In this document: one piece after another, positions 23,125 through 32,904 of the stretch | Layout of the letters: the number at the start of each line of letters is the position of its first letter | Position numbering within the stretch: the stretch's first letter is position 1 | Source of the DNA: an uncultured delta proteobacterium | GTDB taxonomy: Bacteria > Myxococcota_A > Polyangia > Fen-1088 | Direction: 5' to 3' | Length of the DNA: 64,000 nt | Assembly: GCA_963796685.1 (NCBI GenBank) | Contig: CAWCMR010000025.1 | Location: 416,001 to 480,000 of the forward strand | Translations under genes and position numbers: made by a program | The notes under the pieces: generated by a model | Told to the model about the DNA's origin: nothing | The model's database searches: none | Seen by the model: only the letters and a program-made list of their open reading frames with translations

Positions 23125-24900
23125 CTACTTTCCGTATCCCGCAGCGACGATATTGGCCTGGATGGCGTCGTCGGTCGAATCGGGCGGGGCGCCCATCGTC
23201 ATGGCCCCTTCGAACCAGATTCCGACGCCAGTGTTGGAACCGTCGCCTCCCGTCCCCAGGATGATGGCGCCTTGCTTTTTCTGCGGACTGTAGCCGGGCG
23301 GGCGTGCCCCGTAGGTGCTGGTGGTAGCGTTCCACTTGTATGCCATCTTGCCCGACGTGGCGTTGCCGGCCTTGAGCGCGAAACAGCCCGAGCTGGTCAG
23401 GCCCGCGGGGCAGTCCTTTGCCGACAGACCCTTCAGCATGGCGGTGACGTAGGGGAAACCGGTTACGGAGGTGTTGCTCGGTACGTTCGCTGAGCCGTTT
23501 TCGTAGCCATAGTACAACCCATTCTCCAAGTCAGCCCCGACCCATGGACCGCTGCCGCCCCCGGACTGTCCGAACTGCGTGTCGGCCCCCCAGTAGATGG
23601 CCTCCATCGTGGCGTTGCCTTCGTCGATGCCGTCAATCTCCGAGTTGCCATAATCGAAGCAGCACCACTGGCTGGAGGTCTTACCATCGAACACCGAATA
23701 CTCGCCCTCTGCCTCATCACCTGTGGCGATCCCCTTGGTGGTGGCATTCCAGACAACGGTGGCGGAGTTGCTGGTGCCCGAATAGGCAGCTGTCAGCGTC
23801 ACCGTTGCCGAGGCACTTATCGCCGCCGAGGTGAAATAGGTGTGGAAGTTGCAGTTATTGGGCCATGAGTTGGCCGGACAATCTTTGGCGTTGGTGGCGA
23901 ACAAAAGGAACGAGCCCGCCGGTAGGGTCTGCGGGCTCGAGAAGGTCACGGTCGCCGAGCCTTTCGTGATAGCGGCCGTCCCCGACAGCGGTACCCCGGT
24001 TCGATAGGCCACGTTGGTACCGGACTTGATGCCGTAGACAGAGTGTCCCCCCACCGTGATCTTGGCCGCCGTGGCGGTGGCGGGGTTGCCTCCACTCTGC
24101 AACCAATACGCAAACCACGTGACCCGCAGATGATTTCCGTTGGGCGACTGGTCGTAGATGATCGGAATGGTGCACGTCGTGCCGGAGCAGAACGAGTCTT
24201 GGGCGGTGCTGTCAGCGAAGCCCCCGGGGCCGACCAGGATGTCCTTGGTCGTCTTGTCCGAGGCCCGTTGAACCTGGTAAAGGGGGCCGCTGTACGAAGC
24301 ATAGAGTGCGCGAACCGTGCTGTGCGCGGCACCGCAAGGCGTACTTGCGGATTGATAGATGTCGCAGGGTCCGGCCGGGCCGGTGCCGCTCGAGCCGGCG
24401 GTCCCTCCTGTAGCGGTCGTGCCCCCCGAGCCAACGGTCCCTCCTACGCCGATCGTGCCACCCGAGCCAGCGGTTCCGCCCCCGCCGGTCGAGCCCTCCG
24501 AGCCAACGGTCCCTGCCATGCCGCCGTCGGTTCCTCCGGAACCGCCTGCCCCGCCCCTCCCCGTCGTGCCGCCGGTATGGGCACTGCCGCCGCTACCGCC
24601 CTGGGGCGAGCTGCCAGGTTCACCGCCAACTTGGCCGCCGCTACCGCTGCTCCCCCCCGCGCCGGATGAGGTGCTGCCACCTGAGCCCCCTCGGCCGGTT
24701 GCACCGCCCAAGCTTGCGAGCCCGCCGCTTCCAGAACCGCCGAGACCTGCACCACCACTGCCCGTCGGCTGGCTGCCGCCCGCGTTCGTTCCACCGGTCG
24801 ACGAGACGCCGGCCGATCCACTGGCGCTGCAGCCCATGAAGGGTGACGTCGCGGTTGCCGCAAACCCTAGAGCCGCTACCGCGAACCATGTGCTTTTCAT
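23125..24900 (-). CDS. Lipoprotein with Gly-rich linker and GH54 alpha-L-arabinofuranosidase B catalytic domain
   Basis: Lipobox FMGC; GPCDIY...AAHSTVRALY, CCFDYGNSE, MEAIYWG, GPWVGADLENG, GAIILGTGGD, FEGAMT; no CBM42. Confidence 0.9.
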   Translation of the reverse strand: MKSTWFAVAALGFAATATSPFMGCSASGSAGVSSTGGTNAGGSQPTGSGGAGLGGSGSGGLASLGGATGRGGSGGSTSSGAGGSSGSGGQVGGEPGSSPQGGSGGSAHTGGTTGRGGAGGSGGTDGGMAGTVGSEGSTGGGGTAGSGGTIGVGGTVGSGGTTATGGTAGSSGTGPAGPCDIYQSASTPCGAAHSTVRALYASYSGPLYQVQRASDKTTKDILVGPGGFADSTAQDSFCSGTTCTIPIIYDQSPNGNHLRVTWFAYWLQSGGNPATATAAKITVGGHSVYGIKSGTNVAYRTGVPLSGTAAITKGSATVTFSSPQTLPAGSFLLFATNAKDCPANSWPNNCNFHTYFTSAAISASATVTLTAAYSGTSNSATVVWNATTKGIATGDEAEGEYSVFDGKTSSQWCCFDYGNSEIDGIDEGNATMEAIYWGADTQFGQSGGGSGPWVGADLENGLYYGYENGSANVPSNTSVTGFPYVTAMLKGLSAKDCPAGLTSSGCFALKAGNATSGKMAYKWNATTSTYGARPPGYSPQKKQGAIILGTGGDGSNTGVGIWFEGAMTMGAPPDSTDDAIQANIVAAGYGK

Positions 24901-25012
24901 TGGTGATTCTCCTGTGCCACGGGCCAAATGCTCAGCTGAGCAGTGTCGCGGACAGGCCAAATCCATCTAGACCCTCAGGACGGTGACGACAGCCCGCCCG
25001 GAGCGCGGCCAT

Positions 25013-26494
25013 TCACCCGGTGGATGGCCTGGCGCCAAGGCTCTCCCGGCCCGCGTTGGGAAACGGAGACGAGCCCAGCTCGGCGCGCAGCTTGGGCAGG
25101 CACTGCGGATGATGGCGCTGGAGGTAGGCGATGAGCTTCTCGCGGATGTTGCAGCGCAAGTCCCACGACTTGGACGAGTCCGCGGAGGTGGCCAACACGC
25201 GGATTTGCATGGTGCGTTCGGAGGCCTCGGTCACCTGCAGATTCCAGAAGCGTTTGTCCCACAGCGGATCGTTCTCGACGATCTCCTGCAAGGCCGCGCG
25301 AACCTGGCCAAGCGGCACGCTGTAGTCGACCCACACGAAGACCGAACCGAGCAGCTCGGCGGAGACGCGCGTCCAGTTCTGGAACGGCTTCTCGATGAAG
25401 TGGCTCAAGGGCACCACCAACCGCCGGTCGTCCCAGATGTGCACCACCACGTAGGTCAAGGTGATCTCCTCGATACGCCCCCACTCGCCCTCGACGATGA
25501 CCACGTCGTCCAAACGGATGGGCTGGGTCATCGCGAGCTGGAATCCGGCGAAAAGGTTGGCGATGGTCTTCTGGGCGGCGAACCCGAAGATGATGCCGAC
25601 CACGCCCGCAGACGCCAGGATGCTCGTGCCGAAGCGCTGCACCTCCTTGAACAACATCAGCACCGAGGCCAGGGTGAAGAGCGTGATGGCGAAGTAGAGC
25701 GTCTTGCTGATGACGTGAACCTGGGTATAGGCCTTGCGCGCGCGGAGATTGTCCGCGGCCTTGATATCGTACTCGACCAGAACCGCCTTTTCGCCGAGGC
25801 TCACCATCTGCGACAGGATCAACGCCACCGCCACGATGAGCAGGATGCTGGTTCCCTTGCCGAGAACGTCCGCATACCGATCGGGCAGGTCGAGCAGGGG
25901 CAGGGCCAAGATAACGCCGAGCACGGGCACGACGATGCGCAAGCTCTTGCCCACCAGAGGGGCCAAGAGATTGTCCAGCCTGCTGGAGGTCTTCGCCGAC
26001 CACGTCTCGAGCCAGGCTTCGAGCACGTGCGTGAAGCGGAAGAAGAGCCAAAGCAGGACTCCGAAGACCGCAATGTCGAGGCATTTGTCGAGCACCCCGA
26101 TGACGAATCGCCAGTCTTCTCCCTGCCCTATTCGCAACAGAATCGGTGTTGCGGCCAAGTAGAGGCCATAGACCCAAACCATGAGGTGCACGGGTTTGCT
26201 CACGATGCGGCGGGTGTCGTGGCGCAGTGGTTGGCCTGCTGATGGTCCGGCCGAGGCGTCGGTGTGTCGCCACAACAGGGCGACCAGCAGCGCGTTCAGC
26301 AGCAAGGTCAGGACGAGGAAGAAACCCACCACGCCGAGGTCTCCCCAGGTCACAGAACCGAAGGCCGGGGCGCGCAGAGCGGGCCCACCGATGCGTTCCA
26401 ACCACCCGTGCAGCAGGTGGGAAATCGCCGTGGCAAAGGTTCCTACATAGGCACTTCCCTTCAAGTCGTGGTTCATCGAGATGGCATGTACCAC
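25013..26494 (-). CDS. MscS family mechanosensitive channel
   Basis: GFAAQKTIANLFAG, PIRLDD, GRIEEITLTY, PFQNWTR. Confidence 0.92.
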   Translation of the reverse strand: MVHAISMNHDLKGSAYVGTFATAISHLLHGWLERIGGPALRAPAFGSVTWGDLGVVGFFLVLTLLLNALLVALLWRHTDASAGPSAGQPLRHDTRRIVSKPVHLMVWVYGLYLAATPILLRIGQGEDWRFVIGVLDKCLDIAVFGVLLWLFFRFTHVLEAWLETWSAKTSSRLDNLLAPLVGKSLRIVVPVLGVILALPLLDLPDRYADVLGKGTSILLIVAVALILSQMVSLGEKAVLVEYDIKAADNLRARKAYTQVHVISKTLYFAITLFTLASVLMLFKEVQRFGTSILASAGVVGIIFGFAAQKTIANLFAGFQLAMTQPIRLDDVVIVEGEWGRIEEITLTYVVVHIWDDRRLVVPLSHFIEKPFQNWTRVSAELLGSVFVWVDYSVPLGQVRAALQEIVENDPLWDKRFWNLQVTEASERTMQIRVLATSADSSKSWDLRCNIREKLIAYLQRHHPQCLPKLRAELGSSPFPNAGRESLGARPSTG

Positions 26495-26665
26495 GCACTG
26501 GATTTTTCAAGAGCAAAGCTGCCCGTGCCATGCCGGCTACGGCGGAGGCCGTTGTGACTCGTCGGCGCGGGCCCTCACTGTACACTTGCGCGCGCCCCCC
26601 CTGTTGCGTCAGCCTTGTCGCGGGGAGGACCTATGCGGTCAATGTCCCCTCCCCTCACTGACCCC

Positions 26666-27520
26666 ATGTCTACGCTCGATCGGCTGAACGCACTCGTCCA
26701 CCAACCCTTGGTTCATCTCGCCGGGGGACCGATCACATTGCTCTCCCTGCTCGCCGCGCTGCTCATCGTGGCGGTGTCGTACTTCCTGGCCGGCATCGCC
26801 AGCCGGGCCGTAAGCCGTCTGCTCGCCCGGCGCGAGGTCGCGCATGGGGCGCGCTTTGCGCTGACCAAGATCACGCGCTACCTCGTGGTCCTGGTGGGAG
26901 TCGTGGTCGCCGCCATGTCACTGGGGATCCGCCTTGACGCGGTCCTCGCGGCCTCGACGGTGGTGCTGGTGGGCATCGGATTCGGCTTGCAGAACATCGC
27001 CCAGAACTTCGTCTCGGGACTGATCCTACTGATTGAACGACCGGTCGCGCGCGGGGACTTCGTCCAGATCGGAGCGGTCTGTGGCTCGGTCAGCGACATC
27101 GGCATGCGTGCAACGCGGGTCGTGACCCGCGACGAAGTCACCATCATCGTGCCCAACAGCGAGCTCGTCACCGCGCAAGTGATCAACCATTCCGTGCCCA
27201 CGACGAATCTTCGCATCAGCGTGCAGGTCGGCGTGGCCTACGGGACGGACACCGGTCGCACCCGGGACGTCCTGCTTCAGGTTGCGGCGGCCGAGCCCGA
27301 GCTGCTCCGGGAGCCTCCTCCCGAAGTGCGCTTCGACAATTTCGCCGACTCGAGCCTGAGCTTCTCGCTACTGGTGTGGATTACCAATCCCCGCGAGGAC
27401 CTGCGCGTCGCCTCGCGCCTCCGCTTCGCGATCGATGCGGCCTTCCGCAGCGCCGGCATTCAAATCCCTTTCCCGCAACGCGACGTCCACGTCAAATCGC
27501 TCGCCCCTCCTGGCCCTTAG
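26666..27520 (+). CDS. MscS family mechanosensitive channel (MscK C-terminal-like)
   Basis: GIGFGLQNIAQNFVSGLILL, IVPNS, VGVAYG, IPFPQRDVH; start could be 26633. Confidence 0.92.
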   Translation: MSTLDRLNALVHQPLVHLAGGPITLLSLLAALLIVAVSYFLAGIASRAVSRLLARREVAHGARFALTKITRYLVVLVGVVVAAMSLGIRLDAVLAASTVVLVGIGFGLQNIAQNFVSGLILLIERPVARGDFVQIGAVCGSVSDIGMRATRVVTRDEVTIIVPNSELVTAQVINHSVPTTNLRISVQVGVAYGTDTGRTRDVLLQVAAAEPELLREPPPEVRFDNFADSSLSFSLLVWITNPREDLRVASRLRFAIDAAFRSAGIQIPFPQRDVHVKSLAPPGP

Positions 27521-27563
27521 CGACACGCGCCCCCCACCTCTCCGAGTGGACGTGGGAAGGCTT

Positions 27564-27579
27564 TGGCAACATCTTTGCT
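27564..27579 (+). promoter_or_regulatory. Sigma-54 promoter
   Basis: TGGCAACATCTTTGCT followed by AAGGAG and ATG 27605. Confidence 0.65.
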
Positions 27580-27604
27580 GGCGCCAATCGCAAAGGAGAC
27601 AATC

Positions 27605-27875
27605 ATGAAGATCAATGACCTCAAAGACCTCGACAAGAACGACATCCTGAAGATTCTGGGCGTCGATACAGGCATTGCGACCACTGGTGTGCTGTGGACA
27701 GTTGGGTTGATTGCCATCAGCGCGATCGCCGGCGCAACAGACTGTTCTGTTGTTGGCACCCAACACCAGAAGCGAGCTGAGAGAGAAGATCGGACGTCGG
27801 TCCAGAGAAACCGCGGACAACATTCTCACGACTGCACGGGCCAAGGTGAACGAAGTCCAGTCGGAGATAGGATAG
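27605..27875 (+). CDS. YtxH-like small membrane protein; +1 frameshift near 27741
   Basis: MKINDLKDLDKNDILKILG...AIAGAT continues in the shifted frame as VLLLAPNTRSELREKI...EIG-stop. Confidence 0.75.
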
Positions 27876-27945
27876 TACATTGCCACGCAAGCCAGAGGCA
27901 TTCGCCCGCATCGCGCGGGCGTGCCTCTGGCTGCGTGTTCGCGGA

Positions 27946-28467
27946 CTAGCCGATGCTGCTCATCTCGCGCTCCTTCGTGCTCATGAATGGCTTCTCCAGC
28001 CGCTTGGCGCCGTCTTTACCGAGAACCTCTTGTGCCCGGGAGAAGAACTCGCCCTCTTCTTCTGACGCATGTCTCTTCACCAACTTCGTTAGGTGTTGAA
28101 CCTGTCGTTGCCAGTCGGGTGAATCGAAGCTCAGGGCGTCTATTTGGTTGATCGCTCTCTCCAACTCCTCGGCCTCCTCAGCGTGGAGGCGCACGATGTC
28201 CTCGGTTCTCGAATCCCCCCCAAGGGCAGGGTAGACTGTGGTCAGCTCCGCTCGTTCATGCGAGACGAGCTGCTTCTTGATTTCGGTCCAAAGGTCGCGG
28301 CGCTTCTCGGCATCCTCGGCTGCTGCTGCGCGCGACAAAAGCGTGCTTACCTCGTGGTGCTGTTCGGCGAGCGTCACGAAGACGCCGCTCAGACCTTTGG
28401 CCATTGCTTGAGCGGCGCCGGCCTTTCCAGCGCCTTTCGCTGCGATGTTCTTGATCGGATTGGGCAT
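27946..28467 (-). CDS. Hemerythrin/HHE cation-binding domain protein
   Basis: LAEQH, HERAE..VYP, HASEEE.EFF; AGGAG RBS. Confidence 0.85.
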   Translation of the reverse strand: MPNPIKNIAAKGAGKAGAAQAMAKGLSGVFVTLAEQHHEVSTLLSRAAAAEDAEKRRDLWTEIKKQLVSHERAELTTVYPALGGDSRTEDIVRLHAEEAEELERAINQIDALSFDSPDWQRQVQHLTKLVKRHASEEEGEFFSRAQEVLGKDGAKRLEKPFMSTKEREMSSIG

Positions 28468-28508
28468 GGCTGTTCTCCTTTTCTGCAAATCGCTCCCATT
28501 TGAGAGGC

Positions 28509-28524
28509 TGCAAGCCCGGTGCCA
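28509..28524 (-). promoter_or_regulatory. Sigma-54 promoter (consensus)
   Basis: Minus strand TGGCACCGGGCTTGCA upstream of the hemerythrin gene. Confidence 0.75.
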
Positions 28525-28834
28525 GAACAGCCGTCCTTGGTGGACACGTCGAGGCCTTCGGCCGACCTGGCCGCCCACGAGCTTACGGGGGAGAGTCGGG
28601 GCGAGCTTTTTCGACAGCAGCGTTGGACTTTGCGCGGGTCACCCAGAGTGGACGGCCTGGCACGTGGCTGTTCCTGATCGGAAACGACAAACACCGGTCG
28701 TGGTGGTCGGCGCGTCGGCGCGCAACTTTCCTGGACCGATTCGTACGAGCGCATCGTCGGGCCCCCTCCTCCCCTCGGACCGCTCCGTTTTCGGGAGATC
28801 TCTGGTGTGGACGCGAATTTTGCCCGGTGTTAGG

Positions 28835-30094
28835 GTGGAATCCATTTTGTCCAGCCGGTACAAAGCCATCGGCCTCTGCAGCGATGGCCGATTCGATGGC
28901 ACGGCTCTGGGTTGTGTTGCCCTCGCCATGTGGGCGGCGGGATTGGCGGGTTGTAACGGAGGCGACAGCGCCTCGTTCAGTACCAAGGACTCAGGGGTCG
29001 AGTTGGGATTGCGCTCGGATTCGCCGGCGGCCGCTGACCGCGCAGGCGACCCCCAAGGCGAACCAAACAGGGATGCCGGCCGCGACCTCACCCGCAGCTC
29101 CGACGAACAGATGGACAGAGATTCGTCGACGACACCCTTCGGTTCCGATGCGCAGCCTGAGACTGGGAGCAGGGCGGACTCGGGGCTTGCCGTCGGCCCG
29201 AGCGATGGCGGCCGCCTGGACGGCCCAGGCCGGCGAACGGACGCCAGCACGGACATCGGCCCCGACCTACCCGATTCGAACGCGTCGTCGAAAGACGCCA
29301 GCGGTGGCGGCTCGGAAGATGCGGTGCCGGACACCGACCCGTGCGCCGGCGGCACCACGTACGCGGCGAGCACGTCGGCGCGGACCACCACCAGCGGCTA
29401 CGGCTGGGTGCTTCTCACCGCTCCCACGAACAGCAACAACCAAGTGGTTGAATTTCGCACCGTACTCTCGGTGCCGGCCACGCCCCCCGCCAGCGGAACG
29501 CTCTTCCTTTGGCCTGGACTACAACCGATCCACGCGAGCACGAACTTCGACGTCCTGGACAATGGAGTCCTGCAACCGGTCCTGACCTGGGGCCCGACCT
29601 GCGCCCCGGGTTCACCCGCACAATCATACAAGTCGTGGTGGATCTCCGGACAGTACGTAAACACCAATATCACGTCATCCTCGCCCAACTATTCCGCCTA
29701 CCACGACTGCCACGGTGGTCCGGGAATGGCCGTTGCGGTCGGCGACGACCTCGGTCTGGTCTTCGCGCTCCAGGGCACCTCCTGGACTCAAACCATAACC
29801 AACCTTCGCACGTCCCAATCCGTGTCGTATGTCATCGACTTGCTCGGCCAGGGGCAGAACATGGCCGAATTCGTGATCGAAGAGTACAGCTCGACTCCCG
29901 TGTCCGACGTGATCTTCACATCTTCGGTGATCACCTTCGCGTCCCCCGCCATGACTGCGTGCCAGCCGGCCCAACGCGGAGTCGAGGATTACTTCTCGGC
30001 CCCACGCGCTTCTGCCGATGGTCTCCGTTGCTGCATCGACAAAGTCATTCTCCGTGCGGAAGGCGTCGCGGCGACCACCCCGAACTCTCCATGA
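28835..30094 (+). CDS. Lipoprotein with Asp/Gly-rich linker and a C-terminal beta-sandwich, possibly peptidase G1 fold
   Basis: Lipobox LAGC; LWPGLQP, VLQP, VAVGDD, AEFVIEE; start uncertain. Confidence 0.6.
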   Translation: MESILSSRYKAIGLCSDGRFDGTALGCVALAMWAAGLAGCNGGDSASFSTKDSGVELGLRSDSPAAADRAGDPQGEPNRDAGRDLTRSSDEQMDRDSSTTPFGSDAQPETGSRADSGLAVGPSDGGRLDGPGRRTDASTDIGPDLPDSNASSKDASGGGSEDAVPDTDPCAGGTTYAASTSARTTTSGYGWVLLTAPTNSNNQVVEFRTVLSVPATPPASGTLFLWPGLQPIHASTNFDVLDNGVLQPVLTWGPTCAPGSPAQSYKSWWISGQYVNTNITSSSPNYSAYHDCHGGPGMAVAVGDDLGLVFALQGTSWTQTITNLRTSQSVSYVIDLLGQGQNMAEFVIEEYSSTPVSDVIFTSSVITFASPAMTACQPAQRGVEDYFSAPRASADGLRCCIDKVILRAEGVAATTPNSP

Positions 30095-30244
30095 CGCCCA
30101 CTGGATCGAAGCGGAGCGAACAGGCGGCACAGGTGTTCTCCCGTTGGGCTCGCTACCGCCAGTTCCATCACGCTCGAGCCCCAGACGACCCGCCCTGGAC
30201 CGACGAGGCAAAGCCGACGTAGCCGGCGGTGCTATCCTTGTGGC

Positions 30245-31105
30245 GTGCCCGAGTTGCCTGACCTCGTCCATGTCGAAGCCGTGCTGGCGCGCACGATCTG
30301 CGGCCTGCGCATCGTCGATGTCCGCGTGGGGGATCCCGTCGTCCTTCGGGTCATGGTTGCGGGACAGCTTCCGGCGTTGCTGCGGGACAAACGCATCACG
30401 GGGGTGAAACGGATCGGCCAGTTTCTGCGGTTCTCGCTCGATGGCGAGTTGGTCCTGGTGGTGAACGCCATGCTGACCGGGTGCTACGCTTTGGTCGGCG
30501 AGGGGAGCCGACGCGCCGGCAAGAACGCCATCCTGGCCGTGCAGTTCGAAAGCGGGCCGGAATTGCACTACAGGGACGAAACGCGCATGGGGAAAATCTA
30601 TGTGGCCCACGCTCACCAGATGTCGGAAATCCCCGGGCTGCGCGATCTCGGTACGGATCTCTTGTCGCCGCAATTCATTCTGGACCGTTTTCGCGTGCTT
30701 GCCACCGGCCGACGCGATCAGGTGCGCCAATTCCTGCTCGACAAGACCGCGCTGGCGTCCATCGGCAACGCCTACGCCGACGAGATTCTGTTTGCGGCCG
30801 GGCTGCACCCCAAGACCTTTTGCAACCGATTGCGCGCCGAGGAGGTGGATCGCCTCTTCGCAGCCATCCGCGACACCTTGGCCTGGGCGATTCGCGAGAT
30901 CCAGACGCGCGATGAGCCCATCGCGATCAAGGTGCGCGATTTTCTCAAGGTGCGCGGCCGGAACGGCCGGCCGTGCCTGGTCTGCGGCACTGTCGTCCGC
31001 CGCGTGCGCGTGGGCCGTGACGATGCCTGCTTCTGCCCCACCTGCCAGCCCACCACGCGCAGGTTGTTCGTGGACTTCAGCAAGCTCCCCGGCCGCCCGG
31101 TCTGA
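30245..31105 (+). CDS. Fpg/Nei family DNA glycosylase
   Basis: N-terminal PELPD, IGNAYADEILF (H2TH), C-terminal CxxC...CxxC zinc finger. Confidence 0.92.
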   Translation: MPELPDLVHVEAVLARTICGLRIVDVRVGDPVVLRVMVAGQLPALLRDKRITGVKRIGQFLRFSLDGELVLVVNAMLTGCYALVGEGSRRAGKNAILAVQFESGPELHYRDETRMGKIYVAHAHQMSEIPGLRDLGTDLLSPQFILDRFRVLATGRRDQVRQFLLDKTALASIGNAYADEILFAAGLHPKTFCNRLRAEEVDRLFAAIRDTLAWAIREIQTRDEPIAIKVRDFLKVRGRNGRPCLVCGTVVRRVRVGRDDACFCPTCQPTTRRLFVDFSKLPGRPV

Positions 31106-31192
31106 GCCACCCCGCCCGCCCGAGGGCGGCAAACCCTAGGTTGCAGTCACGGCATATCACGGAACTGGCTCAGGGGACGCGCTAAGCACCCC

Positions 31193-31236
31193 AATCCCGC
31201 GATAGCCGCAGGAGGTCGTGGCCGTGGTTGTGGCCG
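31193..31236 (-). repeat. Dispersed intergenic REP-like element, copy 2
   Basis: Minus strand CGGCCACAACCACGGCCACGACCTCCTGCGGCTATCGCGGGATT. Confidence 0.7.
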
Positions 31237-31447
31237 TTCGCGCCCCAAAACCACGCCTCCGCCGGTCATTCCGCCGCCGATTCCGTAGCCGGCATTTCTG
31301 GACGGGCCTGTTCCCCCCACGCTCGCGACCGCAAGTAACCGTTCGCGATCCTCTGCATCAAATCCGAGAGTCGATCTCTTTTGAGTGCTCGGACCGCCGG
31401 CCCTTGGGCTTCGCACGCGGGAATCCCCGGGCGCGAAGGTGAAAGCC

Positions 31448-32623
31448 ATGCTCAAGGTGTTGATCCCCAAAGAACGGGCGGAAGGTGAGGCGCGGGTCGC
31501 GGCAACGCCGGAGACCGTCAAACGCCTGGTGAAGGAGGGGCTCGAGGTCGCCCTCGAGAAGGGGGCGGGCGAAAGCGCGTTCCTGCTCGACGAGCGCTAC
31601 CAGGCCGCAGGGGCACGCCTGATTTCGGACTTGGCGGCCGAGTGGTCCACGGCGGATGCCATCTTCAAGGTCTCGCCGCTCGCCATGAACCCGGCGCTGG
31701 GCAAGGACGAAGCGGCGGCGCTCAAGCCGGGTGCCGTGGTCGTCGGTCTCCTGCATCCCTACCGCAATCTCCCCATGGTGAAGACCTTGGCCGCGGGCAA
31801 GGTCACGGCCCTGGCCATGGAGCTGGTTCCGCGCATCACCCGCGCGCAGTCCATGGACGCGCTCTCCTCGCAGGCCAACATCGCCGGGTACAAGGCCGCG
31901 CTGCTCGCCGCGAGCCGACTCGGCAAGTACTTCCCCATGCTCATGACCGCGGCGGGGACAATCCCGTCGGCGAAGGTCGTGATCATGGGCGCCGGCGTGG
32001 CCGGGTTGCAGGCCGTGGCCACGGCCAAGCGCTTGGGCGCGGTGGTCTGGGTTTCCGACGTTCGCCCCGTGGTGAAAGAGCAGGTCGAATCCCTGGGTGG
32101 CAAGTTCATCGATTTGCCGGTGCAAGCGTCGCGAGAGTCGCAGGAGTCAGGCGAAGGTCAGGGCGGCTACGCCAAGGAAATGAGCAAGGAGTTCCTGGGC
32201 CGCCAGCAAGCCATCATCAAGGAGCACATCGCCAGCGCCGACGCCGTCATCACGACTGCGCTCGTTCCCGGCAAGCCCGCGCCACGGCTGCTCACCGCCG
32301 AGATGGTGCAAGCCATGCGGCCCGGCTCGGTGGTCGTGGATCTCGCCGCCGAGCAAGGCGGCAACTGCGAGCTCACGGTGGCCAATCAAGAGGTCGTCAG
32401 GCACCGGGTGATCATCCTCGGCCACACCAACCTGCCCTCGACCATGCCCCACGACGCCAGCACGCTGTACGCGCGCAACGTTCTGGAGCTGGCCTTGCTG
32501 GTCTGGAAGGGCGGCAAGCTCACCCTCGATCTGAACGACGAGATTATCCAGGGCGTCTTGCTCACGCACGACGGACAGATCACCCACGGCCCCACCGCCG
32601 CAGCGGCCAAGGCGGCCCCATGA
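31448..32623 (+). CDS. pntAA: NAD(P) transhydrogenase subunit alpha part 1 (dI, NAD(H)-binding)
   Basis: IPKE...EARVAATPETV, PRITRAQSMDALSSQ, GAGVAGLQA, GGYAKEM, DLAAEQGGNC. Confidence 0.96.
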   Translation: MLKVLIPKERAEGEARVAATPETVKRLVKEGLEVALEKGAGESAFLLDERYQAAGARLISDLAAEWSTADAIFKVSPLAMNPALGKDEAAALKPGAVVVGLLHPYRNLPMVKTLAAGKVTALAMELVPRITRAQSMDALSSQANIAGYKAALLAASRLGKYFPMLMTAAGTIPSAKVVIMGAGVAGLQAVATAKRLGAVVWVSDVRPVVKEQVESLGGKFIDLPVQASRESQESGEGQGGYAKEMSKEFLGRQQAIIKEHIASADAVITTALVPGKPAPRLLTAEMVQAMRPGSVVVDLAAEQGGNCELTVANQEVVRHRVIILGHTNLPSTMPHDASTLYARNVLELALLVWKGGKLTLDLNDEIIQGVLLTHDGQITHGPTAAAAKAAP

Positions 32624-32904
32624 CCGGCGGCCTGCTCGTCTCGCTCTATCTGTTCACCCTGGCTGGCTTTCTCGGTCTCGATGTGATTCGCAAGGTTCCG
32701 CCCACCCTGTACGGCGCCCTGGCCGCCGTCCTCGGCGCGGCGGCGGCCCTCTCCGTGGCCGCGGCCATCGCGGGCGCGATGGCGGGTGGTGAAAATTCCG
32801 CCACGCTCTTGAGCACGATGGCCGCCGCCGTGGGCGCGGCCGGGGTGGTCGCCGGACTGGGGCGCGCCAAACGCATGCTCCGCCGAGGAGGCGCCAAACG
32901 ATGA
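32620..32904 (+). CDS. Degenerate transhydrogenase alpha part 2 paralog (94 aa)
   Basis: ATGA overlap with pntAA; FTLAGFLGLDVIRKVPPTL and KRML align with PntAB, but HTPLMS..NAIS is replaced by YGALAA..GAAA. Confidence 0.85.
   Translation: MTGGLLVSLYLFTLAGFLGLDVIRKVPPTLYGALAAVLGAAAALSVAAAIAGAMAGGENSATLLSTMAAAVGAAGVVAGLGRAKRMLRRGGAKR

Noticed and set aside
26513-26530. TGGCACG...TTGC upstream of the minus-strand mscS as a sigma-54 promoter
   Set aside because: GG-to-GC spacing is 13 nt, not the required 10.
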